Assembly: GCA_964456845.1 (NCBI GenBank)
Contig: CAYWCV010000001.1
Span: 30,771-94,770 of the forward strand
Length of the DNA: 64,000 nt
Source: an uncultured Chitinophagales bacterium
GTDB lineage: Bacteria > Bacteroidota > Rhodothermia > Balneolales > CAYWCV01
Direction of reading: 5' to 3'
The position numbers and the translations under genes were made by a program. The notes beneath the pieces are model-generated. The model was given only the letters and a program-made list of their open reading frames with translations. It was not told the DNA's origin and searched no databases. Position 1 is the first letter of the stretch; the number at the start of each line of letters is the position of its first letter. Of the stretch, positions 27,352-36,550 are shown one piece after another.

Positions 27352-28277
27352 TCTTCCTTATTGGCGTCGCCGGCTCTTGGATGTGCTTTAATATACGTTT
27401 TGCGCATGTGTTCCTTACTTGTGTGCGTGTAAATCTGCGTCGTGGCCAGGCTGCTGTGCCCTAAAAGCTCCTTGACGACCCTTATGTCCGCACCGTGATC
27501 GACCAAGTGGGTTGCAAACGTGTGTCGCAGCGTGTGTGGGCTTTTTTGACCGACCTCCAATGGCTTCATCCTGCTGTTAACGATGCGGTAGAAGAATTCT
27601 CGATAGGGTCTGCCACCCTTCAGTGTCAAAAACAAATGGTCGCCAGCCTTGTTGCCATATGCGTCAATCAGTCGACTCCTTTCTTCCAACCACACTCGCA
27701 GGGCAAAGACGGTCTTGGCGCCAACTGGTACGATCCTTTCCTTGCGACCCTTGCCGGTCACCTTCAGCAGCTGTCGGCCCAAGTCGATGTCGCCCAATTT
27801 GATGTTGGTCAACTCAGAAACACGTATCCCCGATCCATAGAGCAATTCAAGCACGGCTCGCTGCAGGATATCGCCCTGATCAGCCGTGTCGCTAGGTATG
27901 TCGAGAAGTAATTCCATCTCGGGCTCAGTGACCAAAGGGGGTAGATGCTGACCCTTTTTGATGGAAGGCATCATTGTCATGGGGTTCCTGTCGATATGGC
28001 CCCTCTTGGCCATGTATCGGTAGAAGGAACGAAGTGAAGCCATTTTTCTGCTGAGCGTGCTTTTCGCAAGGTCTTGGTCAACCAGGTCAGACAGCCAGGA
28101 TCGGATCTCATTTCGTGATACATCGTTCCATGTCGCATTATCGCCGTAATTGACGCGTATCCAACTCGCAAACTGCAGCAGATCGCTTTTATACGCCGTT
28201 GAGGTATGCACGGAAGCATTTCTTTCCAGGCGTTGATACCGAAGGAATATTTCGATTAACTCATTCAAGGTGGTCAT
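27348..28277 (-). CDS. tyrosine site-specific recombinase, XerC/XerD type
   Basis: 309 aa. The motifs HTLRHTFATHL and LGHSSLATTQIYTH carry the R..HxxR..Y catalytic set. Confidence 0.85.
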   Translation of the reverse strand: MTTLNELIEIFLRYQRLERNASVHTSTAYKSDLLQFASWIRVNYGDNATWNDVSRNEIRSWLSDLVDQDLAKSTLSRKMASLRSFYRYMAKRGHIDRNPMTMMPSIKKGQHLPPLVTEPEMELLLDIPSDTADQGDILQRAVLELLYGSGIRVSELTNIKLGDIDLGRQLLKVTGKGRKERIVPVGAKTVFALRVWLEERSRLIDAYGNKAGDHLFLTLKGGRPYREFFYRIVNSRMKPLEVGQKSPHTLRHTFATHLVDHGADIRVVKELLGHSSLATTQIYTHTSKEHMRKTYIKAHPRAGDANKEE

Positions 28278-28292
28278 CCATCACTGAAATAA

Positions 28293-29459
28293 CTATTCGA
28301 CGCTGCGGCCTTTCCAAATGGCCTTACGACCGGTTAGTTTGTCGGCCAGCACTACAAAACCAAGGTACTGAAACCAAAGCACACCCGCCAAGTGTGTGAG
28401 CGATGTCCATGTATCCCACCGCATCCAACGGTTGAGTATCGTTCGTTGCATAACGGGTAACAGCACCGCGACAAACCAGAATAGTGCCTTCAGATATTCC
28501 GAATCGATCAAGTTGAATACCAACGCAATGGGCGGAATCACAAATACGACGAAATGGAGAAGGGCCGAAAGCACGAACACGGCCACATTGCCGCCGAACC
28601 CTGCTAAAAAGTTCTTCCGGAACCCTTGGAAGATCTCCTCATGGCCTGTGTACATGCGACATTGGATCGAGCCGATGCCATGATACATACGAACCGGCAC
28701 ACCTAACGCCCGTACTGCACGGGCTATTCCGACGTCTTCGACAACATCCGACTTCACCAGTGTGTGTCCACCGATATCTCGGTAGAGTGTCGCAGGCATG
28801 GCAAGGCACTGGCCACATGCTGCTGCGAACAATGGACGGAACGTTTTCCTGAACGCTGCCGGCATCCATTTGGGATCCCTTTTGGTGTAGTCGGTTACAA
28901 GGAAGGCCAAGAGGGTGTAATAAACCAGTGGCACAACGATTTTCTCCCACGTCGTTTCTAGGATTTGACGTGGCCATACCGTCACAAGGCCGACACCGTT
29001 CACGTTCATTTCCTGTGCGATGCTGCGTGCCAACGTGACTCCCGGAATGGTATCGGCGTCGATGAAGGCGAGGATATTGCCTTCGGCTGCCTTGCTGAGC
29101 TGATGGCAGGCCCAAGGCTTGCCCAGCCACCCTGCAGGGCGCTCCACTCCCTGTATCACTCGCAACCGCCTGGGGTGAAGCGCACAGAGGCGATCAAGAA
29201 TCGATCCTGTGCCATCTTCACTTCTGTCGTTCAGCACAATCACCTCGAAATTCGGCCAATCTTGGTTGAGAGATGCCGTAACCACCTGCTCGATCACCCG
29301 CTCTTCGTTGCGTGCAGGTATCAGAATCGACACCATGGCAGACTCTGAGCCATCTGTTCCTTGCCCATGCTGGCTCAATGGCCGAAACGTCATCCTGTTC
29401 CTGATCAGGACCACAAAAAGGGCGATCTGTACGCAAATAATACCGATTACCAGGGTCAT
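28293..29459 (-). CDS. membrane GT2 glycosyltransferase (CruC/CrtQ-like carotenoid glycosyltransferase candidate)
   Basis: 388 aa. It has the GT-A start VSILIPARNEE, the DxD motif FIDADT and C-terminal TM helices. Its neighbours are a CrtC-like hydratase and an acyltransferase. Confidence 0.7.
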   Translation of the reverse strand: MTLVIGIICVQIALFVVLIRNRMTFRPLSQHGQGTDGSESAMVSILIPARNEERVIEQVVTASLNQDWPNFEVIVLNDRSEDGTGSILDRLCALHPRRLRVIQGVERPAGWLGKPWACHQLSKAAEGNILAFIDADTIPGVTLARSIAQEMNVNGVGLVTVWPRQILETTWEKIVVPLVYYTLLAFLVTDYTKRDPKWMPAAFRKTFRPLFAAACGQCLAMPATLYRDIGGHTLVKSDVVEDVGIARAVRALGVPVRMYHGIGSIQCRMYTGHEEIFQGFRKNFLAGFGGNVAVFVLSALLHFVVFVIPPIALVFNLIDSEYLKALFWFVAVLLPVMQRTILNRWMRWDTWTSLTHLAGVLWFQYLGFVVLADKLTGRKAIWKGRSVE

Positions 29460-29519
29460 GGAACGAATTTAAAGCTGAGTCCGTAACTTGGACGTATTAA
29501 AAGTACAGAATCAAACCCA

Positions 29520-30596
29520 ATGTACCTCTATTCCGATCCATTCGATGATATCAGGCATCCCAAAGATGAGTCAGGGGCTTATGAATGGTGGTATTTCGAT
29601 GCACTCGATCCAATAAGCGGCTTCGGAATTGTGATCATTTTCTATGATGGGCTACTTTTTTCGCCGGACTATCATGAGGCGGTGGCGATAGGCAAGAGGG
29701 ACACTGCCAACCACCACCCCGGTTTCAGTTTGTCGATCTACCACAACGACAAGACCATCTTCTACTCGTTGGCATCTTATCCTGAGAGCTTGTCACTGTT
29801 AGCCGGACACGACAAACCTGTTACAATTGGGAACAACAGGGTGGAGGTGAGCCATTCTGAAGGGAATTTGGTTTACGATGTTCATATCGACGAGACGCTT
29901 CCCTCAGGGCTGAATGCCACGGGCACATTGCGCTTCACCAGTCCAGAAGATGATGTATCAAGTAACTCGGGCAATCCGGATTCAAGTCATCGATGGAACC
30001 TCGTGCAGCCCTCGGCCTTGGTTGCAGGCGAAGTCCAGCTAACGCTGAACGGAAATATCCTAGATCTATGCTCTTTTGACACAATAGGTTACCATGATCA
30101 CAATATTGGAACACGGCAACTTGAAAACGATTTTGACGACTGGTATTGGGGCCGCATACACATTGGGGACGACACGCTCGTGTGGTACAACATGAAAATG
30201 TCGGGGATTGCCCAAAATAAATCTTGGCTGCTCAAAAAAGGCGAAGTGGACTTTGCTTCGCAGGTCGCTATGAGGCCTTTGGGCAAAGCCGGCAGATCCA
30301 TCTTTGGCTTGGAGAAGGTCGGTTCATGGGAAGTCCTCGTTCAAGGGCAAAACTACCGGATTGTCGAGGAACATGTGTGGGACAACGGGCCTTTTTATCA
30401 GCGCTACCGTGTGAAGCTGCTCGATGCGGACGATCGTGTTGTGGGCGGGGCTTTGCCGGGCATTGCCGAGTACATTAAACCGGACCGAATTACGGCGGGA
30501 TGGGTGAGACCCATGATCAGGATTCGACATCATACGGCGGGCAGTCGCGGTAACTGGATCCAACGCTCCATCGCTTTGTCCAGGCTAACTTGGTAA
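29520..30596 (+). CDS. CrtC-family carotenoid 1,2-hydratase-like protein (hydroxyneurosporene synthase family)
   Basis: 358 aa. YEWWYFDALDPISGFGIVIIFYDG, GYHDHNIG and DWYWGR resemble conserved CrtC blocks. Confidence 0.6.
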   Translation: MYLYSDPFDDIRHPKDESGAYEWWYFDALDPISGFGIVIIFYDGLLFSPDYHEAVAIGKRDTANHHPGFSLSIYHNDKTIFYSLASYPESLSLLAGHDKPVTIGNNRVEVSHSEGNLVYDVHIDETLPSGLNATGTLRFTSPEDDVSSNSGNPDSSHRWNLVQPSALVAGEVQLTLNGNILDLCSFDTIGYHDHNIGTRQLENDFDDWYWGRIHIGDDTLVWYNMKMSGIAQNKSWLLKKGEVDFASQVAMRPLGKAGRSIFGLEKVGSWEVLVQGQNYRIVEEHVWDNGPFYQRYRVKLLDADDRVVGGALPGIAEYIKPDRITAGWVRPMIRIRHHTAGSRGNWIQRSIALSRLTW

Positions 30597-31289
30597 TCAA
30601 ATGAGTCGCTGCCACAGCGGATGCTTCTCTTCAGCTGTAGTGTGGAGATCATCCATCAGACCGTGCATTCCATCCCGTAGAGCAGTGGTGAGCTGGTCCC
30701 TGTCTCCAGCAGATCGTTTGACAGGTATACCCGAGCGTATGTACAGGCGAGGGCGGTCGGAATAGCGGGTGTTCATGGTCGTTACGACGGGTACAAAGTC
30801 GATCGATGGACACGACTGGTACAACCAAGCCAAACCCGACTCAAAATGGATTGGCCGTTCCATTTCCGGGCGTATGGAACCCTGCGGGAAAATATATAGT
30901 CCAATCCGTTCGTGAGTGAGGCAATCTGCCGCATAGCTCAACGACTGAACCGCCTTCCGAGGGTTTGTCCGGTCAACCGAAAATGCTCCTAACTTGCAGA
31001 AAAATGGATAGTTGCGTAGTTGAACTTCATCCATTATAGCTCTGATATGCTGCTTGTGGAGAAGTTCGTTCAGCAGAAACGGCGTAAGGGCATCCCACCA
31101 GGTGTAGTGGTTCATGTACCATACGGTCGAGTCAAGAGAACCAGGCCTGTAATCTCCCTTGAAATAAACAGCATCAAACCGCCTACGAAACAGCCATAGG
31201 GCATACGGCCTGAACAGACGTCTGAACAGTGGGGATTCGGAGGCCGGAATTACTCCGGGAAACGAAGCATGGTAATTCAACTTTGCCAT
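30597..31289 (-). CDS. PlsC-type lysophospholipid/glycoside acyltransferase (CruD-like candidate)
   Basis: 230 aa. It has the HX4D motif NHYTWWD and the FPQGS block typical of the 1-acyl-glycerol-3-phosphate acyltransferase superfamily. Confidence 0.65.
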   Translation of the reverse strand: MAKLNYHASFPGVIPASESPLFRRLFRPYALWLFRRRFDAVYFKGDYRPGSLDSTVWYMNHYTWWDALTPFLLNELLHKQHIRAIMDEVQLRNYPFFCKLGAFSVDRTNPRKAVQSLSYAADCLTHERIGLYIFPQGSIRPEMERPIHFESGLAWLYQSCPSIDFVPVVTTMNTRYSDRPRLYIRSGIPVKRSAGDRDQLTTALRDGMHGLMDDLHTTAEEKHPLWQRLI

Positions 31290-31318
31290 TTTGGTCTGTG
31301 GTAGAACACCTCAAGTCG

Positions 31319-31690
31319 TTAGGTTGTAATCCGTGGAGTGGGCAACTTCTGCAACTCCAGCTGAGTTTTCTTAGGCAATCCTGATACAACAAGATCGTAC
31401 GAGTGGTCGATAAGCTCCTTAACGAAATCCCATGAAAGCCCACGGTTTACACATACCGTATTCCAATGTTTCTTGCTCATATGATAGCCTGGCTGAATGT
31501 CGTCGTGTTCTGCCCTGAGCTCAATCGCCCAATCGGGGTCACATTTTAAATTGACGGTAGAAGGAGCTTCGATATCGATGAGTAAATACATCTTGCCCAT
31601 GACTTTAACCACAAGTGTTTTATCATCGAAAGGGAATGTTGCCTCAGTTCCGGGTTTTGACAAGGCATAATCACTAATACGTTGTAGCAT
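31319..31690 (-). CDS. MmcQ/YjbR-family protein
   Basis: 123 aa. The family pattern is KPGTEATFPFDDKTLVVKVMGKMY...PGYHMSKKHWNTV. Confidence 0.7.
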   Translation of the reverse strand: MLQRISDYALSKPGTEATFPFDDKTLVVKVMGKMYLLIDIEAPSTVNLKCDPDWAIELRAEHDDIQPGYHMSKKHWNTVCVNRGLSWDFVKELIDHSYDLVVSGLPKKTQLELQKLPTPRITT

Positions 31691-31872
31691 AATGAGATAC
31701 TATCATTAATATAAGATCGAAAGTACCACAATTTTGTATGAACTACCAATTGTAAAAAATGTTTCATTTAAGAAAAAAATGCATGTAAAATTGTGGCATA
31801 AATGGGATAAAAACCTCATCTTAGGCGGGTTGAGTGTGAATGTCTCATATTTAGTTGACGTGATGCACACAA

Positions 31873-33240
31873 TTGGTCGACATTGAAACTTGGAACATAA
31901 CCCGTAAACTGGTGCAATCAATCTTACGGATTTGCCTGAAAGCTGCAAAGCCTCTCGTATCTCTTTTACTCGTTATCAGCGCAGTCTTTCTCATCAGCAG
32001 TCAGTACGACGCACTTCACAACTACGATGCCAAAGGCGAGGATGTCTTGGCAGACATGGCGGCCATGATGGCACCCTTGGTAAACGAGTATGGTATCGAC
32101 GAGAGCCGGTACACTAGCACTTCAGACCAGATCAGGTCTGGAGAGACTTTTTCTGGTATCCTCGAGCGATACGGTGTAGGCACCGCAAACCTTGACGAGA
32201 TCCTCACCGCCTCGAAGGATGTCATTGACATACGCCGCATCGTGGCAGGGAGAAGCATCACAGCTTATCAGACATTGGATTCCTTGGGAAGGGTCGATTA
32301 TTTGGTCTATGAGCCTACTGCCCTCGAGTATGTCGTCTTTGATTTCACCGACGGTGTGAACATCAGCAAGCATGACCGGCAGGTCACACTTCGTACCAAG
32401 CGTATCGGAGGTGAAATTGAGGGATCGCTGTACGGGACGCTCAACAAGTTGGATCTGTCCGCTTCATTCGGCGAGAAGCTGACCGATCTTTTTGCACACA
32501 AGATTGACTTCTACAGAATCCGGAAGGGCGATACCTTCAAGGTCATCTTTGAGGAGAAATACGTCGGTGATACTTTTGTGGGGTATGGCAACATAAAGGC
32601 GGCTGTATTTTACCACGGAGACAACGAGCCATTCTACGCCTTCGCCTTCAACCAGGACGGAAAGATTGAATACTACGACCAGGAAGCAAAGAGCCTGAAG
32701 AGCGCCTTCCTGAAGGCTCCTCTGAAATTCACGCGCATCAGCTCCCCATTTTCGAACCGTCGCTTTCATCCCGTGCTCAAAAGTTACCGGGCTCATCTTG
32801 GAACCGACTATGCGGCTCCGACTGGCACACCGATATTCGCCATTGCCGACGGTATCGTTGAAAATGCGGGCTATACCAGCGGAAACGGCAACTACGTGAA
32901 ACTGCGTCACAACCGCACCTATGATTCAGGATACTTGCACATGAGCAAAATCGCATCTGGAATGAGGCCCGGAGTCAAGGTGAGCAAAGGTCAAGTGATC
33001 GGATACGTCGGCAGCACGGGCCTGGCAACGGGGCCGCATCTGTGCTTCAGGTTCTGGAAAAACGGATCGCAGGTGGATTTCCTAAAGGAACAGCTACCAA
33101 GTGCCGACGCCATCGACGCCAGATACCTCAGGGAATTCACAATCGTGCGCGACATGTGGAAGAGCATGATCGACAACATGCCAGAACTCGATGCAGATTC
33201 ACAAAACAGTTCTGAGTCGGTAGTTGTAGCGACTATTTAA
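31873..33240 (+). CDS. M23-family peptidase (membrane-anchored)
   Basis: 455 aa. Motifs are HLGTDYAAPTGTPI and GSTGLATGPHLCFRF. The TTG start is uncertain. Confidence 0.8.
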   Translation: MVDIETWNITRKLVQSILRICLKAAKPLVSLLLVISAVFLISSQYDALHNYDAKGEDVLADMAAMMAPLVNEYGIDESRYTSTSDQIRSGETFSGILERYGVGTANLDEILTASKDVIDIRRIVAGRSITAYQTLDSLGRVDYLVYEPTALEYVVFDFTDGVNISKHDRQVTLRTKRIGGEIEGSLYGTLNKLDLSASFGEKLTDLFAHKIDFYRIRKGDTFKVIFEEKYVGDTFVGYGNIKAAVFYHGDNEPFYAFAFNQDGKIEYYDQEAKSLKSAFLKAPLKFTRISSPFSNRRFHPVLKSYRAHLGTDYAAPTGTPIFAIADGIVENAGYTSGNGNYVKLRHNRTYDSGYLHMSKIASGMRPGVKVSKGQVIGYVGSTGLATGPHLCFRFWKNGSQVDFLKEQLPSADAIDARYLREFTIVRDMWKSMIDNMPELDADSQNSSESVVVATI

Positions 33241-33291
33241 TTAGTCGTTTTTTTGTTGGCAGATAACATGCAATGTCGATAGATTAAGGAC

Positions 33292-35280
33292 ATGCACATA
33301 CCGCTTCTGCCCGATATTATTATAATTCTCGGTCTTGCCATCGTTGTTCAATTATTGACAACTCGGTTCAAGATCCCACCGATCATCGGATTCCTGATAA
33401 CGGGTTTTATCGCCGGTCCCTACGGGCTTGGACTCGTCACCGAAATCGCACAGGTGGAGATGCTCGCCGAGGTTGGCGTCATACTGCTTTTATTCACGAT
33501 AGGAATCGAATTTTCCCTGTCTGACTTGGTGAAAATTCGAAAGATCGTGCTCTTGGGCGGTGGTTTTCAGGTCTTTGCCACCATCGCCGCAATATGGTTC
33601 ATAGGTAGGCAGTTAGGTTTCAGCGACGCTTTTTCGTTGACAATGGGTATTCTGGCTGCGACTAGCTCAACAGCGATATTGCTCAAATCGCTGCAGGAAC
33701 GCAACGAAATTAACAGCAGTCATGGTCGCAACGCCCTGGGAGTGCTCATCTTCCAGGATATCATCGTTGTTCCATTGATGCTGATCATCCCGTTTTTGGC
33801 CGGAGGGGAAGGCGACATTGGGACGTCTCTTCTACTGCTACTTGTGAAGGGTATCGGCATCGTTGTAGTCGCCCTCTTGGCCGCAAAATACATCATGCCT
33901 TACGTGCTGTTCCAAGTTGCTCGTTCGCGCAGCAGGGAATTGTTCATTATGAGCATTGTGGCTATTTGTTTCATCATTGCCGGTGCAACTGCCGAGCTGG
34001 GATTATCGCTGGGATTGGGGGCTTTTTTGGCCGGCCTGGTCATCTCAGAGTCGGAATACAGCCATCAGGCCATGGCTGGTGTGCTTCCGCTTAAAGATCT
34101 TTTCACGTCGATCTTCTTTGTGTCCATCGGCATGTTGCTCGACATGGCCTTCGTCTTTGCCAACCCTATTTGGGTTTTCGTTACGACGGTTTCTGTTTTG
34201 CTCATTAAGGCGCTGATCATTGTATTGATGGGTTTCCTGCTGCGTCAACCCATTCGAACCATTATTACTACAGCTATCATCCTCAGCCAGATTGGCGAGT
34301 TTGGTTTTGTGCTGGGAAGCGTGGCATTTGGCGAGAATCTGTTGTCAAGCGAGTACTACCAACTATTTTTGGCCACGGCTGTAATTACGATGATGCTTAC
34401 GCCTGTGCTGCTCGCCATCGGCCCCGTCATTGGCAAGAAGCTCGGCGCCAGGCTTGATGCTATCGATTCCAAGCGGAGTGCCGGAAGTTCTGACGACAAA
34501 GAAGTGGCTGAGCTTCGCGACCATCTCATTATTGTAGGCTATGGGGTGAACGGCAAAAACTTGGCACGTGCGGCGCGTTATGGCACCATCCCGTACATCA
34601 TTCTCGAAATGAACCCCGACACCGTGAAGGACGAACGCGAAAAAGGGGAACCCATCCACTTTGGGGATGCCTCACATGAACCTGTGCTGGAATTCGTCGG
34701 AGTGGACCGTGCTAGGGTCATCGTCATCGCCATTTCCGACCCTATTGCCTCACGCACCATCACGGCCATCGTCAAAGAACGAAATCCGGGGATCTATTTG
34801 ATTGTCAGAACCAGGTTGTTGAGCGAATTGAACCCCTTGTATCGTCTTGGCGCCGACGAGGTGATCCCTGAGGAGTTCGAGACTTCCATAGAGATTTTTA
34901 CCCGAGTGCTGTACAAGTACCTCATTCCAAGGCAGGAGATCGAAAAGCTCACCGAAGACATACGTGCTTCTAGGTATGAGATGCTCCGCACACCGAAACC
35001 AAGAGGAAAGATCACCGATCTTCACCGTTACTTTGCAGACGTGGAAATCACAACCGTCAGTCTACCCGATGCATCTTGGATGGTCGGCAAGTCGTTGATG
35101 GAGCTAAATCTGCGTAAGGACATGGGTATCACACTGCTTGCTACGAGGGAAGAAAAAACGGTAAATCCAAACCCACCAGCCAATTACGAGCTCAAGGCCA
35201 ACAGCGACTTGATCGTCATGGGTTCGTGTGAGGCGGTTCGTGACTTTCTTACCTCGATCCAAGACAGTGATCGCCCTTGA
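33292..35280 (+). CDS. CPA2-family cation:proton antiporter with RCK (TrkA-N/TrkA-C) domains
   Basis: 662 aa. A 12-13 TM N-terminal half is followed by the Rossmann motif IIVGYGVNG and a C-terminal TrkA-C-like segment. Confidence 0.85.
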   Translation: MHIPLLPDIIIILGLAIVVQLLTTRFKIPPIIGFLITGFIAGPYGLGLVTEIAQVEMLAEVGVILLLFTIGIEFSLSDLVKIRKIVLLGGGFQVFATIAAIWFIGRQLGFSDAFSLTMGILAATSSTAILLKSLQERNEINSSHGRNALGVLIFQDIIVVPLMLIIPFLAGGEGDIGTSLLLLLVKGIGIVVVALLAAKYIMPYVLFQVARSRSRELFIMSIVAICFIIAGATAELGLSLGLGAFLAGLVISESEYSHQAMAGVLPLKDLFTSIFFVSIGMLLDMAFVFANPIWVFVTTVSVLLIKALIIVLMGFLLRQPIRTIITTAIILSQIGEFGFVLGSVAFGENLLSSEYYQLFLATAVITMMLTPVLLAIGPVIGKKLGARLDAIDSKRSAGSSDDKEVAELRDHLIIVGYGVNGKNLARAARYGTIPYIILEMNPDTVKDEREKGEPIHFGDASHEPVLEFVGVDRARVIVIAISDPIASRTITAIVKERNPGIYLIVRTRLLSELNPLYRLGADEVIPEEFETSIEIFTRVLYKYLIPRQEIEKLTEDIRASRYEMLRTPKPRGKITDLHRYFADVEITTVSLPDASWMVGKSLMELNLRKDMGITLLATREEKTVNPNPPANYELKANSDLIVMGSCEAVRDFLTSIQDSDRP

Positions 35281-35349
35281 TACTCTATCTGTGTCAGAGT
35301 ACCTTAGGGGCGTAGACATTCGAAAAACATCACAACTTAGGACTACATT

Positions 35350-35784
35350 TTGTCGACGCAACAGCAGACGATACAGCAGGTGCAAGACCGCATCGTCAGG
35401 GAATTCAATCTGTTTCATGATTGGACGGACCGTTACGAGCATATCATCAACTTGGGCAAGAAACTGCCTCCATTGGAGGAACAACATCGTACCGAGGATA
35501 ACAAAGTACACGGTTGCCAATCGCAAGTATGGCTTCATGCAGTGAACGATGGAGGAACGATACGTTTCCAGGCTGACAGCGACGCGCTTATCGTGAAGGG
35601 CCTGATCGCACTGCTGCTCAGAGTATACAACGGGCGGACGCCTTCTGAAATCATCGTCACCGAACCTTCCTTCATTTCGAACATTGGTCTAGACCGACAC
35701 TTGTCGCCTACCAGGGCCAACGGATTGGGTGCCATGTTGAAGAAGATAAAAATGTATGCAATTGCTTTTGAGGAGGAATCATGA
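35350..35784 (+). CDS. sufE: SufE-family sulfur acceptor
   Basis: 144 aa with the active-site motif VHGCQSQVWL and a TTG start. Confidence 0.85.
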   Translation: MSTQQQTIQQVQDRIVREFNLFHDWTDRYEHIINLGKKLPPLEEQHRTEDNKVHGCQSQVWLHAVNDGGTIRFQADSDALIVKGLIALLLRVYNGRTPSEIIVTEPSFISNIGLDRHLSPTRANGLGAMLKKIKMYAIAFEEES

Positions 35785-36548
35785 ACCTGCACTATAAATT
35801 GATCACGGGCGGAGGAGGGAAGGGGAATATTATGTTCCTTCACGGATTTCCTCTCACAGGCGAATCATGGGCTGCGCAGGAATCCCTGATCGCTGGCTTC
35901 AATTCCATTCTAATTCCTGATTTACCGGGTTTCGGAAGGTCAGAAGACTCTGCGAACGCGCTGAGCATAGACCTGATTGTGGATGAACTGTTCGAACTTC
36001 TAGATACCATTGGATGGAAATCGTGCATATGGGCAGGTCTTTCGATGGGTGGATATGTCACATTACGGGCATACGAGCGCGATGCCGAACGTTTTGATGC
36101 AATGGTACTCGTCGACACCAAGTCGACTTCTGATAACGATGCGGGAAGATTGGGCCGCTCAGAGTCCATTCGGTCTCTTCGATCGAATGGCATCGATCAA
36201 TTTTCAGAGGCCTTCACGAAAAAGGTGGTCCATCCCAAGTGCGATTCTGCGATCGTCGAGCATGTGAAATCTATCATATGCAAGAGTGAATCATCCGCAT
36301 TGGAGCACGCTTTAATGGCAATGGCTGCAAGGACTGACACCACCAATGCGCTTAGAGATTGTTCGGTCCCAGTGGGATTCATTGTCGGTGAGAATGACAC
36401 ACTTACGCCGCCCGAGGTCATGAAGGAAATGGCAGCGATAGTAAGTTCAGACCACTTTTACACGATTGCTGATGCGGGACATCTGAGCGCCATAGAGCGA
36501 CCGGAGGCCTTCAATGCGGCACTGCTCGAATTTGTAAAATCAATCTGA
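35781..36548 (+). CDS. alpha/beta-fold hydrolase
   Basis: 255 aa. It has FLHGFP, the nucleophile elbow GLSMGG and a late His (AGHLS). The start overlaps the sufE stop (ATGA). Confidence 0.8.
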   Translation: MNLHYKLITGGGGKGNIMFLHGFPLTGESWAAQESLIAGFNSILIPDLPGFGRSEDSANALSIDLIVDELFELLDTIGWKSCIWAGLSMGGYVTLRAYERDAERFDAMVLVDTKSTSDNDAGRLGRSESIRSLRSNGIDQFSEAFTKKVVHPKCDSAIVEHVKSIICKSESSALEHALMAMAARTDTTNALRDCSVPVGFIVGENDTLTPPEVMKEMAAIVSSDHFYTIADAGHLSAIERPEAFNAALLEFVKSI

Positions 36549-36550
36549 AG

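Noticed and set aside
27348-28277. The tyrosine recombinase as a marker of an integrated mobile element.
   Set aside because: It is XerC/D-like in length and motifs and is embedded in co-directional housekeeping genes. There are no flanking direct repeats, no tRNA target, no compositional shift and no cargo genes.
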